From Octopus vulgaris (lineage: Eukaryota): a DNA stretch of 64,000 nucleotides. The position numbers were made by a program, and so were the translations under genes. The notes beneath the pieces are model-generated. The model saw only the letters and a program-made list of their open reading frames with translations, was not told the origin of the DNA and did no database searches. The DNA is taken from positions 36,394,001-36,458,000 of the forward strand of contig OX597834.1 in the NCBI GenBank assembly GCA_951406725.2. Direction: 5' to 3'. Shown here piece after piece: positions 56,457-64,000 of the stretch (positions are counted from its first letter, which is position 1; each line of letters begins with the position of its first letter).

Positions 56457-56809
56457 TGTGTTTGTGTGTTTGTGTGTATGTGTGTGTGTGTGTGTGTATG
56501 TGTGTGTGTGTGTTTGTGTGCGTGCGTGCATGCGCATACACACACATGAAGATTACAATGTATACTGAGATTAATAAACGGTAGGGCAGAGAAGACGGAC
56601 GTTTTTGAAATGGCTATTACTGAGCCCGAGGGGGGGGGGCATATATCTGACAGGCACCATTCGGTCTGTAGTGTCTTAGCATTTCTTGTTCCTCTTCAGA
56701 TGAAGCCATGGTGCTGTGGACGATAGAGCATCGCGTGTTTTGCCTACGACAATTATGTGAAGAATAACAGTAGTTCAGTGTGAGTTTCAGTACCATTTCA
56801 ACATTCAAC

Positions 56810-57295
56810 AACAGCAAAAATATATGAATTTTAATGGGGGGTTATGGCCCTTATGCATGGAATATAATTTCCAAATTTCATAAAGATCCATTCAGTACTT
56901 TTAACCTAGTTTTGGATCATAAAAAAATTACTAAAATTTGGGAGTTAAGACCCCCCCCCCCCCCCCCCGTTAGGGAGTCTTAGAATCCTCATGAGAAGTG
57001 GAAAATTTGAGAATACTTCTTGATGTGTGTCAATTACCCATGGTTGAAATTTCATCAACATCGAAAAGTTATGAATTTTCATGGGGGTTCTGCCCCTTTT
57101 AAGCCATCTCAAATTCAAACCAAACATACTACGTTATACCCGCCCTTATGCATTGAAATATCATAAGGATCCATTCAGTAATTTTGGTCCATGAGTTGTA
57201 TGAAATACACAGCATTACCCTTCTCCCTAGGCTTGGATTTTGTGTCCCAAATTTCATTAGGATCGTTGCACTAGTTTTCGGATGTATAAGTAACA
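56810..57295. mobile_element. Helentron/HINE-like non-autonomous repeat (related one at ~59535-60130)
   Basis: Reiterated ccaaatttcat(a/t)a(a/g)gatc motifs typical of this class. Confidence 0.4.
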
Positions 57296-58733
57296 CGCCA
57301 CATACATATATATGTGAGTGTTTGTGCGACCATATTTAGGTAATGAAATAAGTGTAATTATACTCGACACTAAATAATGAGTACTTTGTTACTTGTTCAT
57401 TGATAACGTCTACAACACGCATACGCACGCGCACACATCCCATAGTACAAATAAAAGTAATATAAAGCAATACTTACAATAACCTTGTAACATCAGTAAC
57501 AACAACAAACAACACCAGTAATACTCTAATTTCTCTCTTGAAGATAGTCAGAAACTTAGCCTTGACTATTAACTTAGACTTTAAAGGAAAGATTCTTGCA
57601 CTCTGAAAAACCTTACGTAACTATTAACGATCACAAACCAATTTTTATATTTAATTCTGTAACTAGCGTCATCAATTTGATAAAAATTGGACAGGAAAAA
57701 ATCTTCAGAAACATTCGATAAAAATCAATAATAATACCGTGAAAAATCTATAATTGATAATTCGGAAGAGCTGCACTTTGGGTACAAGTTTTTTTAAATA
57801 CATATTCACGATACACAAGATCACACATTAACTCAAATTGCTATAGTTGATTACTATCCTTTCAACAACACATTTATTACGAAGAACCCTAGATTTTTCA
57901 AAACTATATACGTCCATAAGGATAATGAGATATAATTTAATAATGCATGCCAAAAGTCGATTCTCTTTTTTTTAATGACAGCATGTGAATGTAAAAAAGC
58001 GTAATGCAGATGTCTTTGATGCAATCATAGGGAAATTTCAAACCTCATATGAATATATAATTCAAACTTAATTGTGAGATCCGGTATACACAATTAGAAG
58101 TGGTAGTTAATTAAAACAGCCATCTATGTATCATATCTAATGTATACATATAGTCGATTGGCCAGATACTGCAGTATTTATCCTGAGAAATCATATCTTA
58201 CGAACTTGCAAATATCAAATAGAGAGAAAGAGAGAAACTTGTGGGGTGGGATTCGTCCCAATAGTAACCAACGAGGGTACCAGATGCATTTCATCTTTTT
58301 CAGGCCTTTTCGATGGTGCGAACTCGCAGCTAGCCATTTGCTTGGACGAGAATTCATCGTCAGGAAAAACTGAATAAAACATCCACTGATGTCGCAAATA
58401 GTCATCTGGTTGATTAAAAATACAATTTGCACAACTGAGGCAGAATTTAATTAAAATAGACATCTATGTATCGTATGTATTGTCCATACATTATTAATAA
58501 GTTTTTCACCGTGTTAACGGAGGAATTTATAGAGATGACGGTTTGTTCATTTTCAAAAATATAAACGGACATTAGACAGATAAGTTCTGAAAAGACTTAC
58601 AAGCTATTCCAAGTTAAACCCTAAAAATATATAGCATGTAGTAACTTCAACGTTTGTCAGCTTCAGAAGTGTGATATTATACTTTATTAACAAAACTTTT
58701 AACCATTAAAGTAAGCTTAATAATTCAGTATTA

Positions 58734-58827
<94 letters not shown>

Positions 58828-60150
58828 TGGAGAAGTCCGTTATATGGAGCCAGTGTAACATCTAACATTCACACAAACGGCATTGGTTTCTTAAGTATGA
58901 TGGAATACCGTTTCAAAACCGGTTTCATCGACATACTTATAATTTATAACATTACAAAGACAATTCAACAGAAATCTAGCAATGCAGATATACTTTTGGA
59001 TTATAATAATATACACACATAATTAAATAGCAATTCTTAGATGGAATATCACTCATAAGCAATTAAATGCTTTCTGCAGCATTGGAACCCTGGAATAATA
59101 ATCGCTCTTGAAATAACTAAAGCAAAATACTCAGACATGATTAATTTCTTCATGCCCTCACATGCGTACGTACCTACTGAAGAAACACGCTCTCGTTATT
59201 TTTCTTTTCACATCATGTTCCATTTTCTATTCTCTTCAAATAGCATTATACATTGTAACATATAATTGCCAACCAAGGGTGGCCTCCTATTCGGGACAGT
59301 GCTACTGCCGTTTATAGCCCCAGGAAGACATCTCCTCCATCTGGCTAACGACATCCTTAAAGTGAACAACGCATTTGGTAGGTAAACAAAGGTATCGACA
59401 AATAGAAGAGAGGGAAGGAAACATCACCTTTGAAATAACTCAGGATAGGTAGAGGTAAGCTTGCTAACGTTTAATGCAATTTAAGTATGGAGATTAAGAT
59501 TGTTTGGTATTAGATATTCATCGCGTACTGTGTTCCAAGTCAATTTAATCACCGTGACAGGTAGACAGTGGAAATAAAGAAACACAATCCTTTCACTTTT
59601 ATAAAAAAGATTTTTTAAAAGTATGGAAAACCCCACATACAAAAAAAAAAACTATGTTCATTTAGGTCCATTTATGCGGGAGGTTTGGGCAAAATGTTTG
59701 GTACATGAGGATCATTGGGACATAAATAATGTATGTGAAAAGTTTGGTGAAAATCGGTTGAGAATTGTGGAAATGTATGCGTTCAGTGTTCCTAGTCAAT
59801 TTAATCACCGTCGCTGGTGGACAGTCGAAATAGATATATAGACAAAATCCTTTCACTTTTATAAAAGGATTAAAAAGGTATGGCAGACCCTACCGATTAT
59901 AAAACAGCTGATTAATGCAAATGAATAGGAATCATCTATTGTTAGTTTCCCATCGCTCTATAGGCCAAATATCGATTTTAAAAAAAATCTAAGTTGCCTA
60001 TGTTTGGTTTGGGATATGAATCAGCTGTGTATAAACTATTAAAGAAATCGGAAGAAAGATGTAGAAGTTATTGCGTGTATTAAATTTTTGTACACACACA
60101 CACAGAGAAAACTTCAGTTTATAGATTTTAGATATTTATATAATTCAAAT

Positions 60151-60191
<41 letters not shown>

Positions 60192-60448
60192 CATACACAC
60201 AGATACAGACACACACATATATACATAAAGAATTTAAATCTATATATATACATACGCACACATTTACACAAATACAGGCTTGCATATTTATACACATACA
60301 CACAAATGAATGTGTGTACGTGTATATATATAAATGTAAACATTTATATCTATGTATGTGTGTGGGTATACACACACATATATATATATTTATACACACA
60401 CAAATCTACACACACATACATATATTTACGTACATGTCTATTTATGTA

Positions 60449-60829
60449 TCTCTCTCTATATAAACGGCAGTTTGTCTGTGCGTGTTTCTGTGTGTCTGTT
60501 TTCTTGTACCCTCACCCTGACCACGGCTTTCAACCGATTCTGATGAAACTTGACACACACATAGCCCAATGTCATAATTTAAAACTAACACAGCGAAAAT
60601 TTTGAAAAGTTCCCCCAGTTCTGAAAAAATCGATAAATTCGACATGGGGTCGAGAATCAGAAACACAAACCGCAAAATGTCTAGGGGACGCAACTCCACC
60701 TTTTTTAACTAAAAAAAAAATTTACCATCATTTTTTCCATCTTTTGGCTACTTTTTGGCTATAACTCTCTAAAAATGCTTTATAGTTATTTCCCTTACAA
60801 ACCTGAGCAACGCCGGGCGATACTGCTAG
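60449..60829 (+). mobile_element. Non-autonomous Helitron
   Basis: 5' TC after A, 3' CTAG before T, subterminal GC-rich hairpin cctgagcaacgccggg, no TSD. Confidence 0.8.
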
Positions 60830-61589
60830 TAAACTTTAAACTCTATGAATATTTAGTTGTATCTCGAGAGAAGCATTATGCATATGTATTATATATTTTG
60901 TTTGCCAAAGGCTTTTCATAAACCGAAAACAAACCGGAGTGGATATGTTATTTTTATAATGTTACAAATTTAGTCCTATAACATCCAGTTAATGCTACTG
61001 AACAGTTTCATGTTGAAGAATCTTCCAAATAAAGGATGATAAATTGTCAATCATCGGACACGCGTGAATGAGCCGTGTCCGATTATTTGTTCTCCAGCAT
61101 GAAACCGTTCGGTAGTATGAATTAGATGGTATGAGACTAATGTTATGAGTCGTGTAAATAATGTATGTATATACATTCTTGTTACAGACATTAGACTGCG
61201 GCCAAGCTGGAACACTGTTTAGTTGACCAAATCGATCCCAGTACTTATCATTTTTAAGTCTGGCACTTATTCCATCGTTCACTTTTGCTGAACATTTAAG
61301 CTACGGAGACGTAAACGCACCAACACCGGTTGTCCAGTGATGGTGGGGGACGAACACAAATTCAAAGACACATGCACACACACTCAACACACATACACAC
61401 ACACACTCGCACACACACACGTACATATAGGGCGAGCTATTTTAGTTTCTGTCCACAAAATCCACACACAATGCTTCGGTTGGCGGTCCGGGGCTATACT
61501 AAAAGACACTTTCCAAGGTAACTTGCAGTGGATTGAACCCGGAACAATGTGGTTTGAAAGGAAACTTCTTACCACTCAGCCACATCTAT

Positions 61590-61643
<54 letters not shown>

Positions 61644-61671
61644 CACAAAACACTCTCCTTCCTCCCACACA

Positions 61672-63200
61672 CAATTGGTGTTCATAAATATTCACAACGT
61701 TTGGAATAAAATTGATTTTTGAAAATATTCTTATCACTAATCGGTTTATCATATCTTTTGCATATTATTTATATTTTAATAACATACATATTTTGATTTA
61801 GTTATTAATTCATTTTTACATGGATAACAATCAAAATTAACAAAATTCAAGATACTATAGAACAACGCACGTGCAAAATTATTCATAACATTTTGTTTGT
61901 GTGGTAAGTGTGTTCAGTCCCACTACGTGGCATCTTGGGCAAGTGTCCTCTGCTATAGCCTCGGGCCGACCAATGCCTTGTGAGTAGATTTGGTAGACGG
62001 AAACTGAAAGAAGCCTGTCCTATATATGTATATATATGTGTGTATGTGTATGTATATGTTTGTGTGTCTGTGTTTGTCCCCTAGCATTGCTTGACAACCG
62101 ATGCTGGTGTGTTTACGTCCCCGTCACTTAGCGGTTCAGCAAAATAGACCGATAGAATAAGTACTGGGCTTACAAAGAATAAGTCCCGGGGTCGATTTGC
62201 TCGATTAAAGGCGGTGCTCCAGCATGGCCGCAGTCAAATGACCGAAACAAGTGAAAGAGTAACTAATAATTGCGACGCCTTTATTATCAATGACCATATT
62301 TAATCGTTTTGTATAACTAGAAACTAATGTAAAGTAAATTTTTTTCATCAATTTTTTGCCCGTTCCTCCTCCTTAATCGTCTCTCAAATGTTCAGATTTT
62401 TGGGACGTCTTTTCTGAATCTGAGTTTTGAAGTGGCATCAAGGGTTTTCAGTCGGATTCAAACCCGGCGATTGAGATGGTCAATGCAAAATGTAGGCATC
62501 ATTTACTTCGAGCCAGGCAGTCTCTAATTTCGACGTATGCCTCGGATCATAATCTTGTTTGAAAGATCCAATCATTATCAAGCTGCGACTCTTCTGCTGA
62601 CTTTCGAAGATTTTCGTCTGATAGTTTGACGTAATGCTCTTTCTTCACCCAGTCTTTGATGACCATTAATCGTCCTGAGACGGCTGCTGAAGTCCATCAC
62701 CCCCACCAACTAAATTTCCACCGCCATACTTCATTGTAGAAATGGTGCTTTGGGGCCGAAAAGCTTGCCTAGATTTCCACCAAAGTGTGGCATTCTTGTT
62801 GTGGTCAATATGTTCGATTTTAGTTTCGTCAATCAAACCTTCGACCAAAAATAAGCAGATTTGTTTAACATGCTTTTTGCATAGTTTAACCGAGCCGTAA
62901 CGTCGCGGGGTTGGGTGGGGTGGGGTGGGGTGGTGGTTTTCTCTTTCGGCACCTACGGAGCCCAAATGCCCACAATATCCTTCATTGCAGCTGATGAAAC
63001 ATTTACGCCCAGCTGCCACTTTCTGCTCGCTGACCTCTTTTGCCGTTGTCTTCGGTTCACACTCGATTTGTCTCACCAGACTTTGCACGTGTTCGTCCGA
63101 CAACTTTCCTTCTATTCCGCTCCTTTCTCTTATTTGTCACACAACCGCAGGTTCGATATTTCTTAATAATTGATTGAATAGTCGGCACTTTGACAGAAAA
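61672..63200 (-). mobile_element. Tc1-family transposon remnant
   Basis: DETKIE...STMKYGGGN motif, plus FQQD-like and SQSPGLNP-like remnants. Confidence 0.65.
61900..62260 (+). mobile_element. SINE family A nested in a Tc1 remnant
   Basis: Match to the family A body and tail. Confidence 0.8.
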
Positions 63201-63225
63201 TCGTTTTTGAAATGTCCCTGCATCT

Positions 63226-63464
63226 CAGGGCTGTGGAGTTGGAGTCGTGGAGTCGTGGAGTCAGAGTCGTGAAGTCGGAGTCGTGGAGTCGGAGCCGTGG
63301 AGTCGGAGTCGTGGAGTCGGAATCGGTGTCGGAGTCGTGGAGTCGCAGTCGTGGAGTCGGAGCCATGGAGTCGGAGTCTTGGAGTCGGAATCGGAGTCGG
63401 AGTCGGCGGTGCCAATAGTACAGGAGTCGGAGTCGAAGTTTTTTATTTCGACTCCTCAGCCCTG
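63226..63464. mobile_element. hAT-type MITE with internal (GGAGTC)n
   Basis: TIRs CAGGGCTG...CAGCCCTG and a perfect 8-bp TSD CTGCATCT (63218-63225 and 63465-63472). Confidence 0.88.
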
Positions 63465-64000
63465 CTGCATCTGTCGCCAGATATGTGAGCTTTTATAATC
63501 TTTTTTGTTACTTTAACACGAATTTGTTTTCGCTTCGGTATTTTTTATGTAGTAATTGAAATCGCAAAGAAAAAAAAAATGTCGATAGTATTGACACGCG
63601 ATAAATCGCGTGTTCAGAAATATTAAATAAGGTTTTACTAACATTTATTAATAACCCTTTCTACTAAAGGCACAAAGGCCTGAAATTTGGGGGAGGGGGC
63701 CAGTCGTAACTGATACTTAATTTATCGACCCCGAAAGGATGAAAAGCAAAGTCAACCCCGGCGGAATTTGAACTCAGAAAGTAAAGACGGACGAAATACC
63801 TATTTCTATTTCTTTACCTCGCACAAGAGGCTAAACATAGATTTAAGTACCAGTTACGCACTGAGGTATGTAATCGACTTAATCCGTTTGTCTGTCCTTG
63901 TTTGTCCCCTCTGTGTTTAAGCCCCTTGTTGGTAATAAAGAAACAGGTATTTCGTCTGCCGCTACGTTCTGAGTTCAAATTCCGCCGAGGTTGACTTTAC

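Noticed and set aside
56690-56790. Plus-strand exon-like segment (ttcag|ATG...gtgagt)
   Set aside because: Reads like the frameshifted N-terminus of a Tc1/DUF4817-type transposase (WTIEHRVF..YVKNNSS).
60535-60550. CTGATGA motifs at 302, 24116, 60540 and 62992
   Set aside because: No stem II-GAAA-stem III arrangement follows, so these are not hammerheads.
63137-63498. TPRLRLHDSDS / ESESWSRSR repetitive ORFs
   Set aside because: Translations of the internal repeat of the hAT MITE.

Overview
AT-rich, microsatellite- and SINE-dense animal genomic DNA. The repeat families look like those of Octopus or another coleoid cephalopod (inference). Two spliced genes lie on the minus strand, and every intron I could resolve in them is phase 1. 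Gene A has 5 exons (52198->35166, TATA box at 52327-52334) and encodes a ~287-aa protein: signal peptide, Cys-rich chitin-binding(CBM14)-like domain, mucin, second CBM14-like domain, mucin, GPI-type C-terminal signal. Gene B is a CD164/porimin-like sialomucin. It has one signal-peptide exon (21789-21705) and two duplicated terminal exons (16662-16310 and 11779-11187). Each terminal exon has its own homologous poly(A) region, a different cytoplasmic tail (YEEC vs YEQL) and an unrelated long hairpin in its inferred 3'UTR. The rest is mostly transposon debris: tRNA-SINEs, RTE/CR1/R4-Dong LINE pieces, mariner/Tc1, a hAT MITE, a Helitron and Penelope-like elements. Minimal hammerhead-ribozyme motifs recur across the window. 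One family couples a tRNA-like Pol III head to a hammerhead-bearing tail. All gene models were read by eye and repeat boundaries are approximate.
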